From Psammoneis japonica (taxonomy: Eukaryota): a stretch of 52,598 nt of DNA. Positions 35,810-49,606 of this stretch are shown here, in pieces. The notes under the pieces were generated by a model that was not told the DNA's origin, made no database searches, and saw only the letters and a program-made list of their open reading frames with translations. Where the stretch lies: NCBI GenBank assembly GCA_008632985.1, contig QPGO01000336.1:1-52598 (forward strand). The letters are read 5' to 3'. Both the position numbers and the translations under genes were made by a program. How positions within the stretch are numbered: the first letter of the stretch is position 1; each line of letters starts with the position of its first letter.

Positions 35810-38780
35810 AGCAAAATTCCTGGCAATGCAACACCACTTTCTGAAAAACAAGAGCACTGTTCTTTGTGGTGGAACACACGTGTTGGGAAAAGCAACACAG
35901 GGGCTGGGATGGCCGCCTGTCTCTGTTGCAGCAAATGTGAGCAATGCACATGACCCAGCAGTCTCTGTTTCTGACTCTTTTTCTTTTCTGGAGCAATGCT
36001 TTCCAGAGTGCAATCTGACAGGCAAAGTGAGAAAGGTGTTTTGTTGTGCTGCGCGCCAAAAAAAGCTGACATGCTCGCTCAAGACTCGCCGCAGACATGG
36101 CGTGCTCCAGAGCTCCAGGTGATGTGCAGAGGCACATGATCCCCATTGCTGGCCCATTTTTGCATTTGGCACAATGAGCTCCTTCAATTTTGATTTTTTC
36201 CAACATCGAAGGCCAAGTGTGCATGAAGCTTTTGTTTTTTATGTGCGCCCACCTTTCTTTTTTCGAAACTGTCAAAACAGAAGGAGTTTGTTGTGCTGAG
36301 CGCAAATTTCACCAAGTGTTGTCCCATTCTGCATGAAAAAATGCTCTCTGTGCACATGCATTTTTTCTTTTCTTTTTTTGGCTCATTTTTGGTCTGCGTC
36401 AACTCAACTGTGACGTCCGAACATGCCCTGTTTTTCCACAGACACCAAACACAACATTTTTTGGAGCGCACCACAAAATCAGGATGTCCTCTCATCCGTC
36501 TCATCCACCAGCCTCCTTTGTGCACATTTTGCTGATGCCTCCAATGCACCACGGTTAAGAAGAGGAAGCAAAAGTCAGCTGGCCATCACAACAAGTCAGG
36601 AGCTGGCAACAACAAAAACAAAAAGTGTCATTGTGATGGGTTGCCCTTTCTCCTTTCCAAGAAAACCTGCCCTTTCCCAAGTCAACGCTGAAGGAGCAGC
36701 TGCCACTCCCTTCCACCTCACCTTTGACAATGCCTCTGTTGCTCCTTCTGCATCTTTTGCAGACTGCTGGTGCTGGGACAATCTGACGATGTCCAGGACA
36801 GATGACAATCATGCATTGGAGAAGAAAGAAAGTGAGCAAAGGAGAGATTGTTGGATCTTGACAATGCATCTGTGCCAGTCTGTCCAATGCAACTTGGGCA
36901 TGGCTTTGACAACAGAGGACAGTCCATGACTGGGGCAAATGCAGCCATCATTGCATGGAACAATGTGATGAAATGGCCCTGCGAAACAAAAAGCTTTGGG
37001 GTCTCGAGCATCAGGCAGGCATGGATGTTGGTGGAAAGCACTGCCAACTTGGCAGGAAGTTTGAGGGACCAAGCACCAACATCTGCAGGTGGCTTGCCTG
37101 AAGGCACCATGACAGACACAGCAGATTTGACATGCAATGTGATGTCATCCACAGGATCCATCCTGGCATCAAAATGGTGGGCGCATCTTCAACATGACAA
37201 TTTTCATTCTTCCTGGCAGAGTCTTGGCAACAAGAGCTGCATCTTGAACCACAGATGCAACAGACACATCAGAACCTCCATGAGGAAGATTGCTCTTCAA
37301 GAATGCATTGTTCATGACTTGCTCGCGCTGCTTTGGACCAGGAAACAAGCAGCTGAGAGGCCTTGGCAAGACTTCAGGGGTGAACCCTGCAGCAGGGTTT
37401 CTTGTCTGGTTGATTTGCTTGTTGACAAAAGCACTTCTCTCACTTTCAGAGAAACTGGCAGTTGGATCCAGTGAAACCAATGCTCCTCAAATCAAGAATT
37501 TGGAAGGCTCAACAGTTTGCAACCAGATGTGCTCAAACCATTGCCATTTCTTTTGGCATGGTTTTGCAGTCAGGCAGTGCTGGCCTGCTCCAGTTGTTGT
37601 GTGCTCCCACAGCATGTTGTGTGTGTCCCACATGCTGGCACACAAACTGAAGTTTTTTGTGCTCAGTCTGAGCACTGCTGACAAACGGGGAAAAGAAGAT
37701 GCTTCTTGCAAGGCTTGGCTGATGTCACATGAGATGGCAATGGGAGGGGGAAGGTGGCAGCAGCTGGGCACAGTCTGCTGGCCTGTTCAAGCTCCCAGGT
37801 GTCAAAAAAAGGGGGCATGATCTGTTGCTGGCCCATTTTTGCATTTGACGCAATGAACTCCTTCAACCTCAATTTTTCAAAATTGAAGGGTGAGTGCACA
37901 CACACAACTTTTATTTTTTTGTGTGCAATCACCTTTCCTTTTTTGAAAGAATCAAAATTGAGCAGTTCATTGTGCCTGCAATGTTTGGCTGGCATCTCAT
38001 GTGATGGATTGCGGATGACCTGGATCCACAACAGGCCTGCTGCAGTGCAGCACATGTGCACAGCTGACAATCTTCTCATGGGATGACAACATTTGCTCTT
38101 TTGAGCAGCAATGTTGGAAACCACAAGCCATGCACATTTGAGAGCAACACATTTTTTTGTTGATTTTTGATGTTGCTGCAACATTTGCACTGGACAGCCA
38201 ATCTCTTGTTCCTCTGATTGTCTCAACAAAGCGACTGTGCAAAACTTGGGACAAACCAGTTTGTGATGGCTCTCCCAGCTGGGAGCTGCTTTCCTCTCTC
38301 TGGCAGCCCCAAAGCTGTGGAAAGAGTTTTTTTTTCATCAACCCTGCAAAGCCAAGAAGTCTCATCTGACCTTCTCTCTGACACCACACCTCTGGCCCAG
38401 AGCAGCTTCTTGGCACAGAGGCCATCTGCTGTGCACACCCCCAAAGGGTGTGTTGTTCATCATCCCAGAAATGCACCCTTCTCTGAAGATGCAATGATGC
38501 TGCTGTTGGCTGCTGCCATCCACTTGCAGTGGCTGCATTGTGGGGCCAATGTGCCAGCCATCACCCACTCAAGCCTGAGTTTGGTGGCAATCCCTTGGGC
38601 CACTGGTTTCTCAATTTAGCTGTCTCCTTGGTTTTCATTGTTGTCTCACTGTGCTCTTCAGCACAGTCAATGTCCAATTTGTCCTTCATTTGGGGTGCAA
38701 TGAGACAAAACTTCATCAACTGCGTGTTTTTGACAACCTCTTCTTGTGGACATGTGAAGAGCTTTCACAGGTGCAACAGG
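35810..38780. other. TpA- and CpG-depleted relic block with an internal duplication
   Basis: About 3 TpA in 35810-38610. 36110-36290 resembles 37790-37970. No recognisable protein family. Confidence 0.7.
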
Positions 38781-39312
38781 TGCCTCTAATGGATTCGAAT
38801 GCCATTCAGCCATTCGAAACTCAAGGAGTTGAACAGGTTGATTTATCTCCTTTTCGCGGATCTTGAGTTTTGAATGCGACCAGTGAGGTCGGATGATTGC
38901 CGGACGTGCCTTTTCACAGCAGGGTAGGTGAAATGAGCGATGGGCGACGGATAGCGTAGTACCTTCTCCCTAGCTAATAGCTAGCTAGAGTATAGAGAGA
39001 GAGGGAGAGAGGGCACTCTAAAGGTGATCGTTTAACTCAAAAGAACAGGGAATTGGATTTGTTCACGCCGCATCTACGATAGAATAGTCATGACCACGAC
39101 GGTTACTGTGTGGAATGATGGTTTCGAGACACTCATTTCTCAAAGGTCGGCGTTTCACTTTCAAACTGATGTTTATAGCTTAGTCGTACACGTGGCGAGG
39201 CTAACTGTGCAAAAGGCCTTGAGTTCTCTTGAGAGCAGAGAAGCCTCCCGTTTTGTGATTTTGTGGTAATGCGGTGAAAATAGCCATGCCTGATGCTATA
39301 GCTCCCAGTGCT

Positions 39313-39954
39313 TTAGTCATCAATGTCAAGCCATCGTGGGCGAAGTTGACCATGCGGTTCTGAAGCTGCACCACAACTGCTTTGTAATGTGAAAGAGTAT
39401 TGTGGCAGTACCCCTTGTGTTTCCGAAATCAAAGTTGTGCAAGACAAACCGAGTGACTCTGGATGCAGCCAATCGTCGTCATCCTCCTCTTCATTCGACA
39501 GGGGTACATTATACAAGCATTCTTCGGAGGCTCTGGCAGCAATTTCATCAACCGCCGCCAACTGTTTGGCAATGGCTTTAGAATTCTTGGAAATTACCAT
39601 GGAAGCTAGCATTAACTGTGCCGGATCGTGAATACCTTGCTTTCGTTGGCTCTCTTGCTCATCCAACACAAATCGAATAGCTACCTTTCGTGTCTCTGAA
39701 CCGCTGTAGTGAATAAATCTCTCTAACCCACGTATACAGAAGCTGTTGTAGTCCAGTGTATTCTCTCGTGCGCTCTGTATAATGTCTCGGCATTCCTGGT
39801 GGAAGAACGCGTAATCTTGACGAGAATAGCACGTCCTGAGGATATCCTCCGGCGTTTTCCTGTCGACAATGTGTGTCTCGTAGGGACCGTCCGCAAATCG
39901 AACAACCTTGTACGAAGGACCGTCGGATAAGAAATCTATCTGTCTTGGAGGCAT
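39313..39954 (-). CDS. Diatom-type hypothetical protein (VRF...Y....RGLE...VLDEQ..Q family)
   Basis: Intact ORF; likely ATG at 39954. Shares motifs with 42204-42806. Confidence 0.7.
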   Translation of the reverse strand: MPPRQIDFLSDGPSYKVVRFADGPYETHIVDRKTPEDILRTCYSRQDYAFFHQECRDIIQSARENTLDYNSFCIRGLERFIHYSGSETRKVAIRFVLDEQESQRKQGIHDPAQLMLASMVISKNSKAIAKQLAAVDEIAARASEECLYNVPLSNEEEDDDDWLHPESLGLSCTTLISETQGVLPQYSFTLQSSCGAASEPHGQLRPRWLDIDD

Positions 39955-40810
39955 GCTTTGATAAAAATGGAAAGGCTTTGGGATAATGGCGAGTCGATTC
40001 TGCCGTTGGGTGACAATTATGGTGTTGTGATGTTTAGTTGTGTGCTCGATGCTCAACATAAGTACTCGTAAGCGTTTCCCGTTTCCCGGGTCTTTTGAAA
40101 TTTTGCTGTTCGCAGCGTGTCCGTTGGTGACTCCCGATTTGCATACCACTTGTCCTCATACTCGTATGATATAATTTCCTGATTGCGGATGGTCGCGACT
40201 CCAAACAAGACTGACAACGCGTTTCTTCCGCTTTTTTGCTCGCGCCTTATAAACCTTCGTGAGAGCGAAATGCAAAACTCGCAACTCGCAAACTCAACCA
40301 TGTCATGAGGAATAGGAAATCTTGCTCTACGAAGCGGAGGCGCTCGCATCATTGCAATCGATTGAACTGTATGTACAATTCGTGATAGAGTGCCGCGGTG
40401 CGTACGAAGGATGGGATTAGAGCTGGGGCTCATCGACTTGAAAGAGTGGGTTCTTGGATAAGGAGAGAGTAAAACGAAATAATCGCAAGAGCCGTCATGT
40501 GTAGACCGTTAAATTAGTAAGGGGGAATGCAGGCATTGTTAATGGTTTGAATGGCTTCCGCTCTGCTACCAGCGGCGCCAGAAAGGCGGATTCAGCCTAG
40601 CCAGCATGGGTGCGAAATGCTCGGTCGAGATAGATGTCGCATGTCGCAACATTCAGACACGCAACACGCACTTCGACGCGCGCAGCGCAGAGCGATTGCG
40701 CCTATTCTATCATCGACGGTCGACGATCGACGATGATTATGGTATTCTGTCGTGACAGTCGTTAGCCCTGCAATCGAATACTCGTAAACGAGACTGATTC
40801 TGTTCGAATA

Positions 40811-41488
40811 ATGGCTGTTATGTGGCGCTTGTTGCGTCTTTTTGGTCGCGGATCATTACTTCTTCTCGCAAGCCACTGCTGTGTTGCCCATGGGCTCGCT
40901 CCTCCCCAGATTTCTGTCAGGAAAGCTTCCTCCATGCTAGATGTAATGAAGCTTGCGGATTTACGTTACGATGAATGGATTTCAGGCAAGTTTGACACGA
41001 GCCGCGATGCTTTTCGGGCAGCGACTGCTGATCTCGTTGAGGAACGAAAAGCTGATGCTACGGTGTTTCTGGCTGAGCTGGGAAGGGTAACCGTGGGTGC
41101 TGCTGAACTCAGTGCATTGGAGCTACAAGGGGCCCTAGCATCAAAAAACTTGGCGCTCTATGTAACGGATGTCGTGACGGCTCAAGAGCATCGTCGCAAA
41201 GGCGTTGCTCGAGCCCTTATGGATGCCATGGAGAAAGATGCCAGTCAGCAAGGTGTGAAGTACTTGCTTTTGCACGTTGAGGATACAAACATCGCGGCGC
41301 AGAGCTTTTACGAAAAGGCCGGTTACAAAGTAGCTATGCCATCTAAGCTGAAATTGCTGGACAACGACAAACTTGCTGAAAATGCAGGAACGCAGGGGCA
41401 GGTGCTGTTGAACAAGAAAATGCAACCAGCAAAAGCTACAAAAAGTGGTCGGGCGGCTGGAGGTAGGGGCTTTCAAAAGACGTCGTGA
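40811..41488 (+). CDS. GNAT-family N-acetyltransferase with N-terminal signal/targeting peptide
   Basis: YVTDVVTAQEHRRKGVARALM (motif A), LHVEDTNIAAQSFYEKAGY (motif B). Confidence 0.9.
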   Translation: MAVMWRLLRLFGRGSLLLLASHCCVAHGLAPPQISVRKASSMLDVMKLADLRYDEWISGKFDTSRDAFRAATADLVEERKADATVFLAELGRVTVGAAELSALELQGALASKNLALYVTDVVTAQEHRRKGVARALMDAMEKDASQQGVKYLLLHVEDTNIAAQSFYEKAGYKVAMPSKLKLLDNDKLAENAGTQGQVLLNKKMQPAKATKSGRAAGGRGFQKTS

Positions 41489-42203
41489 TATACAATGACA
41501 AGTTAGGGAGACTCGTTGAAAAGCTTGAAAGAACGGGTGCTATGTGGAACGACTTTTGCAGTTTCTAGCTACACGCGCTTGTGACAAACACGATGAATTG
41601 CTGAGCTTACTCTCTCAAGACGCAGTACTGTTTGCCAGGAGACGGTGGAAGCTGCCATTCAGTCTTAGATTCGACTGATGATGCACGCATACACGCATAC
41701 CTCTAGAAAGAGGTCGGAGAAGAGCAAGATGGTCATTTAGCATCCGGCAAAGATTGGCTTGGCTGCTTCAACGCCTGCGCAGCTAAACTGCAGAGCCACC
41801 AGTTTTAGTTTTTAGTTAGAATTTTTGACAAGTTGGTAATTGTCGATGGAATTTATTTCGTTTTGCGCCATTGGTCTTGACACGCGTTATCTTCAGTTGA
41901 CACGCCGTGTTACCTGTAACAGAAGGCGTGATCGGAGATAGCAAGGGACCAAAAAATGGTGGGAAGGCCGTTCCAGTCATGTTCCTTTCATGTGCATCAA
42001 AATTTCAACCTCATAATATATATGTTGATCTTTATATAAAGACTAAATTTTGTATTTAAATAACACGATTAAATACGACCTAATTACCGGATAAAATATA
42101 TCACAAGAAGACTCAACGCACATTTTGAAATCGTGGGGAAGGGGTCAAGAAACGAGATGCGGCAGGTGTTGCCACATTTCTCACCGTGCTTGTCCTTTCG
42201 ACC

Positions 42204-42806
42204 ATGCTGAAGAAAAAATCGAGGCGTTCCATCACCCCAGAGACGCCAATGATGTCTCCCAAAAAGCAGATTGATCAAGACCGTGTAGTGACAAAAGGTA
42301 GAGTGCGTTTCAGTTCGGAGTCCACTCAGCTAAAGGTGATTCCCAGGAGAACCCCGTTGGAACAGAGAGAGTGTTGGTTCACCGCACACGACTACGCGTG
42401 TATCAAGAGACGCAATCAAGCTGCGATTAATAGTGCCAAGAACGGGATGTTCTTTGAGACTGAGTACGAGACCATTCGGGGTCTTGAAAAATTTATTTGG
42501 TTTGCTCCCAACGAGAAGCAACAACGACGAAAAGCTACCATTGGACGGATTCTGAGTGAACAGAAACGACAGAAAGCGCTTGGTATTAACGACCCAAGTA
42601 TGATAAAGGTGTTGTCGTCCATATACTCCAACTGGGAAAAAGATAAGGCCCTTGAGCTGGCAGCGGAAGACGAAACTGGCGTGTTAGAAACCAGAGAACC
42701 GAAGTTTCCGAGTTTCGAGAAGATGGTCGTCGTCGCAAATTGTGTCGAGAATGCGATTGAGGCATTCGCGAGTAACGCATTTGAACGTCGTACTATATGG
42801 TTGTAG
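42204..42806 (+). CDS. Diatom-type hypothetical protein (VRF...W....RGLE...ILSEQ..Q family)
   Basis: Intact ORF with the family motifs. Confidence 0.7.
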   Translation: MLKKKSRRSITPETPMMSPKKQIDQDRVVTKGRVRFSSESTQLKVIPRRTPLEQRECWFTAHDYACIKRRNQAAINSAKNGMFFETEYETIRGLEKFIWFAPNEKQQRRKATIGRILSEQKRQKALGINDPSMIKVLSSIYSNWEKDKALELAAEDETGVLETREPKFPSFEKMVVVANCVENAIEAFASNAFERRTIWL

Positions 42807-42950
42807 ATACAATATGCGAGGCAAGAAACGGCGAAGAGGCCACAGAAAATATTATTCATATGTGAAAAATGTAAACTGAGAAGAACGCTTTAAACTACTT
42901 GAAGATTTTGTACAGTCAAGCAGACTCTCTCGAACCGCGTCTAGTACATA

Positions 42951-45081
42951 TTAGCTTTGCTGAAACGCAACAGCTGCTGCTCTAAGTGGTGCAGCTTGAA
43001 GCATTGTAGTTGGTCGATCCAGCCACTTAGATTCTTTGGATGCTTCCCAGACCTCGCCAAAAACTTTGGTACTGAGGTTCGTCAATCCCCTCGCTTGCAG
43101 TGAGGATAAGGTGAAGAGAAAGTTATTCGAAACAAACTCCAAGACAGTTTGACACAACGCTTCGTCATTTTCCTTGACAATCGGAGCCCAGTAGCGAAAA
43201 ATATTGACGAGGAGATTCTTGAGTCGATACACTTGGCCTTCCGTTGCAAACTCCATGGCTTGGTCCAAGAAGTCAATTTGAGCCGCCTTGGCTGCTACGT
43301 CACTGCTAGCGACAAGTATAGGAATAGACACAGAATCGAGGCATTCACGGATGTATTGCACCAGTCGTACCCTCAGTCGAGTCACACTACGACTATGTGG
43401 CATAATCCCAAACACCCAACGACAAAACGAGGATATCGCCGTCTGGCTTGTCGAATATAAATTGTAGGCGCCCAATTCCAAAATTTTGACAACAGCGGCA
43501 ACCAAAATCTTGTCAATAACTTGTTGAAGAGGTGATGCATCCTCCGATTCGTCTTGGTCGCTGTCTGAACTTTTTAACATTTCTAACCAGTCGAGTTGTG
43601 GGTGCTGTTTCTCCCCGAAATGCAAAGGATTCAAGTCCGAGCACATTTCAACGCGGACAAGAACACCCAACAGATCGGCAAAACTAAGAGACGCAAAGCA
43701 CTGCTTGTATTCATCTGGATAGTGTTGTCGCCATTCCTCAAATACGCCAAAGAGACTTGACGTCGACGTGTAATCCTCGCTCAGTTCCTGCTTTGCGACA
43801 TGAAGCGCCTCTAAAAGCGCAGTCCGTCGCTCTTCCTGGTCCTTTTCTTCATTCGAAGAGAAACCGTTACTCGAGTAGTAGTCTTCCAGTGAGAGGCTCT
43901 CGTCCGTTTGTTGCTTTTCCCATTCTTGTCGACTCTGGCGTCTCTGTCGTGCGCGCTGTTCTCGTTGCAGCGATTGTTGTGATTTGACATCTCTACCGAA
44001 TTCATCAACTTGCGTCGCAACTTCTCGTGCTGGTATTTCTACTTGTTTTCCCAATACGCGGTCCAGTAACTGTGCCTCGGATAACGTCGCAATGACATCT
44101 GCCTGCCATTCTGCAAGTGCTGCGGAGAAGAGATTTCGGTTTCGAGTTCCAACAAAGCTTGCTGCACCGGCTGTACTTTGGATTGCAGTTCTCGCAAGGC
44201 CCCTACCCATGACGCTAGTGTCAGTCGGAGCTGCTGATAATACTCCAAAGCCTTGCTACTCTTGTCGAGTTCTTGTTCGTGTCGCTGTAATTCTGACCTT
44301 GTCTGCTGCAGTTCCACCATGCGAACATCGTGAGCTTGTTTTATGTCATCCTGTTGGTTCCTCAAGTGACCCAGCGTCGATTCGACTTGTTGTTTCAATT
44401 GACTGAGCTTGTTCGAGGCGTCACCGTTTGTGTTTGGTATGGCTTTGGAAGGTAGAATGCCTGCTCGACGAGCAACTTGCGCCTCCCAATCTTGCGCTTC
44501 AGCATTACAATCGTCGGTAGCAGGAAAGGTTTGCTGCGGTTCCAATTCCATTTGCTCATGACTTTCATTCTGGTCAAAATTAATCGCCTCTTCTCCTGCC
44601 AGAATGACTGGCTCCTGTCTCTTAGCGGTGGAGAGAGGTATGTACGAAGGGAGAGACGTGCCTCCATCAGCTTCTACGTCTCGCGTCTCGGTACGTTGCT
44701 CCTCCGCTTCGTTCTTCTTTTCAATCTTTTTCTTTTGAAACGTTGCTGCGACTTGAGCTTCTCCATCGCTTCCTTTCCATACATGTCAGATTCGACGGCT
44801 TCGACGGTTTCCTCTTCAGCTTCAACAGTTATTTGTGCTCCGCCATAGCCCATACCGCCTCCTTTTCTCTTTTTCTTTTTCGTGGGTTCTTCTGTATCCA
44901 ACTCGAACGAAATTTTGGAGGGAACTTTGGCTTTCTTTCGCCCTGATTTTTGCTCTTTGGACAGGACGCTTTACCACTACGATTTCATCTTCGGAAGACG
45001 ACCACCATCTTTATCATCACCACTACTAGTTGACGTCGTCACGACTTTCTTCTTTTTCGGTCGTTTTGTGGGTCGAAACAT
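42951..45081 (-). CDS. GCFC-domain protein (GCFC2/PAXBP1/ILP1-like, spliceosome-associated); several apparent 1-bp frameshifts
   Basis: FEEWRQHYPDEYKQCFASLS..DLL...VRVEM (GCFC domain), a coiled coil and WEAQVARRAG. The 5' part is split over ORFs 44674-44901, 44395-44667 and 44039-44551; ATG at 45081. Confidence 0.75.
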
Positions 45082-46569
45082 GCTGATTCGGTACAAATTC
45101 TTGTTCACCTAAATAATCACGAGAAGCATAGCTCAGTTTTTATTCACACAGACAACATGAAGCGAAGGATCATTGTGTAGGGCCCTATGTTCCGGGTTGC
45201 GGGCGGGTTTCAGGTTATGCGGTATCGTCTGCGGTGTGCTGCTAATTCTGGAGCTCGGACCTCGACAAAGAAGACGTCATCGGTCATCGGCGGCAGTTTT
45301 TTTTTGCTACCGTAGAGCCTACGGCGGAATTGGTAATCCGATAGAGAGTACCAAGTTCCTACCAATTTTCTACATACGATATAATGGTATTAATTCTACT
45401 TAGGTACACAAAAAAGATAGTGATTGAGAAATTTAGAAACGGTCACGACACAACAAATCTCTTCGACTTTGCGCTCTCTCACACTCGTCGTCTCGCACGA
45501 TGTGTTGTTGTTTGCCAAGCCTGAATGCCGTTATCGCCAAGGATGGCTCGCCCTTCCTCTGGATTGAGACCTTGCATTTGTTTGGCATTCCACAACTCAT
45601 TATGCTTGATGGCGTGTTGTCTCTAGGTGGCGTAGGTGTTGCCAGTTAAGTCCAGAGGTCGGGGCAAATCGAATGCGTCTCTCCGGCCTTGAGTCCATGT
45701 CACTCTCGTGTCTTTGAGCGTAGGAAGTTGCCTGTTCGCTTGACCCGTCAGGTCACGGCTGTTGAAACAGACAGCGGTGTTCGTCTGCGAAGCAGCAAAA
45801 GCTCGCCGAGCAGATCATACTGTTGACGGAACACAGGTTTGGGGTTCTGTCGTATCAGTGGCATGATACGGTAAGTCTTCACTCGTAGGGAGTGTTGATT
45901 TAGAACACGGTTGACTCGCAAGTTTTCTTGTTGTCTCCGTAGTACGTCCCCCCTTTTACTTTTTTTTTTGTGATATTTTGTCACTCTGAAGATACGTAAA
46001 AGCTTGAGCGCTATCTTTTGATGACGCTCTTGAGGCAATGTTACCCTACGCTACCAATTTATATCAACTTTTGATATTGGTGTGTCTCGAATATTTGAAA
46101 CACGCTTTGAACCTTTACAGTAGATGTAGAAATACTTAAAGTACGACATAGCAATCTTTATTGGCGTGTTATTCATTCCGTGCGTACGTCAATGTGGACT
46201 GCGATGGCGGTCGTAGCGCTTGCAATGTCATCGCACACTTTAAACATGGGGTCCGCGACGGGGCATTCGTTACAGCGTGTTGTCGTTGATATGTGCTGGA
46301 CTATTTCGGCGCTGATCGCCTGCATATTTTTATCGATTCGTCGTATTCACTTGTTGTTCGGGAGGAACAGAAGAATGCCGACTCTATGGATTCCGCTTGA
46401 TCCTGTCAATGCACTTCTGTTTAAAATTCAAGCACAAAAACCAGAGGAAGCAGCGCAGAGCTACACATTACAAAGTCCATTAAAGATCAATTATGAAACA
46501 AATATACAGTAATATGAAGGAAAGTAGAAGCTGAACCGATCCTCCTTGAGCTGTCCATCCTTTTGTCGC

Positions 46570-49500
46570 TTAAACAAGGGGAGTCGTCTCAGTTTCTACT
46601 TCATTCTGCTGAGCATATGCCACCTTGATATCTACAACGTTCATACAACCTGGCCATACCTCTCTCCACGCAGCTCTCATTTCGTGGCTTAGTTCAGGAT
46701 GGTACCTTTCGAATTCCACCGGGCTTCCCGCAAAACAAACGAGAACGGCATTGACCGAGCTACTAATGATTCCAAACAGGACACTGGTCAATACCAGCCC
46801 GACAAGCACGCCAATTCTATCGTGTGCGATACAAATAAGAAATGAGCAAGGAAACAAACAAGGCAAACGAGCTTCCACTGGAAATTAGAACTTACGCAAA
46901 CGCCTTTGCCGTCGCTCCCTGCAAAGCTTCTCTGTCGCCATTGATAAAGTTAAATCCTTCCAAATCTTCCACCAAAGACCCAAAGACCCCGGTGCAGCCT
47001 CCAATTACCAGACTAACCATGAGTAAAATGTTTGGGATCAAGTCGTCCGCCACAATCTGCGCCCAGCCTCGCTTCTCAAATAGCTTCGTGGCATGGTGAC
47101 CGGCATCAAGCAAGCTATATCCATACAATCCAACATAGGTAAAAGCAAACGGATTAAAATATGCCGCCAAATTGTCCGCCACGGAAGCAATGCAATTTTG
47201 AATACACGACAGGCACTCGTGCAAGCACATGAGAGCCGTGTCGTCCACTTGGTTGGGACGGAAAAAGAGCGAAAACTGACGAATGAGACGGACGGGTCCG
47301 ACAAGAAGGCTTCCAAAGCAAATGGATCCAAAGTACAAGGAAATTGAATACAAGACATTCCTTGTAGGAGTTCCGTCGCAAAATCGAGCATGTTCCTTAA
47401 ACCACCAACAACCAATCGTCCCGGCCACCGAAACTTGGACAATATTCTGAACAGCAAACCGTGAAAATAGAGGATTAGATGAATCGAAACTCCGTACTGA
47501 GACACAACAATCGTAAACAATATTCTTACCAATAGCACATGAAATGTCCAATAGTAAGAAATGGCAAGCATGGTGTACAGAAATATTGTAGCCTGTTTAC
47601 CAATGACAAGATCGCCAGTTTCAATGGCGTCGTATACACCCACAACAACAAAGGTGTAGTAAATGGACCAACCCAACGCCAATCCTTGAAAGAAAATGAN
47701 ATTAACACGGTTCCAAAGTTTTCTCGGATAGCACTGAGCGCCGTCAGCAGATTCGCCGTGGCAAAGGGGATACGGTCCCAAACGACAAAGGTATAACCAA
47801 CACTCAGTGCAAGGGCAATGATTCCGGTAATGGGAACAATATTCTTTGGGCTCAGACCAATCCCAATGGTTCCCCAGCAAAAGCTCAAACCAATCGTCAG
47901 AATGAGCGCCACTTGAACCACACGACGAGCAAACACTGCCATGAGCCACAAGACGAGCGACGACACGGCAATTGCAAAGGCCCCGCAGAGACAAGCCACA
48001 TAAATGACATTTGCATAAGCCACCGTCACGTGTAAAGGATCATCGTCGTCATCAATTGAACCGTTCCTTCTGCTAAACGCGTCGGGACCATACATGGAAC
48101 CCAAGTACACCATGCCAATCAAGTGCAAGACAAACAAGACTGCAAACAAGACATCCTGCAAGCCTTGGGCTGTTGCGTACCCTTGGATTCTTCCATGTAG
48201 ATTTGTGCCGACTGCTGTCGCATATTCATCTTTCGGATGGATTGCGCCGATCGCTTGTGCCTACCGGACGATGATGATTCCTTGTTGGCTTGAATCAAGT
48301 CCTCAGGGACACCACCACCCTCTTCCACAAAGTGCCCAAGCTACGGGGTGTGTGAGGAGAAAACGTCACACCACGAGGATCCTCACCACCGCCGGGATAC
48401 GATGACGGACCACTATTACTTCCTTTGCGAAGGACCGATGCCGGAGGAGGAGTCATGGTTGCCGGAGACAAGCCCGGCGGAATGCCCATGGTTGTGTGAG
48501 GCGAAACCTGTTGGTAGGTTTGTACAGGAGACTGTGGGGGTGTCCTTCGGCTCCCACTTGTTGGTCGCTGCGGCGAAAAGGCATTGGCCAACGACATGAT
48601 TTCGCCGCGAGGAGAAAACTGACTGCGAGGAGAATATTGCTGTCGAGGGAGCTCTTTCGGGAGTAATTCCGGCGGATGTTGGAGGCGGAACTGGCTGCTG
48701 CATGGAGCCGTACTGCTGCTGGATTTGTCCTGAAGCAGAAGAGGATCGTACCCGGTTGCTAGAGAACTGTTGGTTGCGGATACGACGAGAACCACCATTC
48801 TCCATAGGTGATGCGTCTACGGCCATCCCATCTTGATTTAAAATAGGAATGAGGGGATTGCCCGCAGGAGAAAGGGCGGGTGACTGACCATTCCAATATC
48901 CTACCATATCTGGAACCGGTACGTTGGGATCACTCTGAACACGGTGATGCCCACGCATACGTTGGTGCGCTGGTGGACTCTGATACATTACCTGCTGCTG
49001 CTGTTGCTGCTGCTGTTGCTGCTGCTGTAACATATACTCCTGATACGTGGCTGGAGGATACAGTTGAGGAGGGATGGGGTAGCGCTGCTGCATCTGTTGC
49101 GCATAATATGGATCTTCCTGAGGATGTCCGTAGTAACGATAATCTTCACTGGTCGTTCGTCGATGGTGGTGATGGTGGCGCCGAGAATGATGACGTTCGC
49201 TTACTGCTTTCTTCCCAAACTCATTAGAAGCATACTGCTCTTCTTCCGTCAGCATGGGGCCCAAGTCTGAATTTGCTTTCTTACGCCTCCTCCTTCGCTC
49301 TGATTTACTAGACGTTCTGGTTGAGCCTCTGGAGTCGACCGCAGCAACTGGAGGCCGCGCCGTAGCAGAGGGCCCAATGGTTTCCAGAATGGATGGCTGC
49401 TGCAGAGCTGTTGATGGTTCTACGAGTGGCTTGGTAGGCGGATCCTCGCCTGCTGTGTCTTCACGGTTGTCAGTTTGCGGTGTTGCGGTCGAAGTTGACG

Positions 49501-49606
49501 CCGGCGAGCCAATGTTGTTCTGCGTCATGGTTGTTGCCTCGGGGAAAAGTTGCCGAGGCCCGGCGTCTTCTACCGCCACTCCTCCAGCCATCATGGTCTC
49601 AGTCAT
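46570..49606 (-). CDS. Choline-transporter-like (SLC44/CTL/PNS1 family) protein with a long disordered polyQ-containing N-terminus; introns at 46817-46895 and 47447-47529
   Basis: QDVLFAVLF, RIPFATANL, VAGTIGCWWF, FGSICFGSLLV, FNPFAFTYVGLYGY, SSVNAVLVCFA. GT-AG introns. Exact structure of the 5' half is uncertain (frameshifts, one N). Confidence 0.85.

Noticed and set aside
48992..49027. CTG/CAG repeat
   Set aside because: Ordinary polyQ tract in the disordered N-terminus of the CTL protein.
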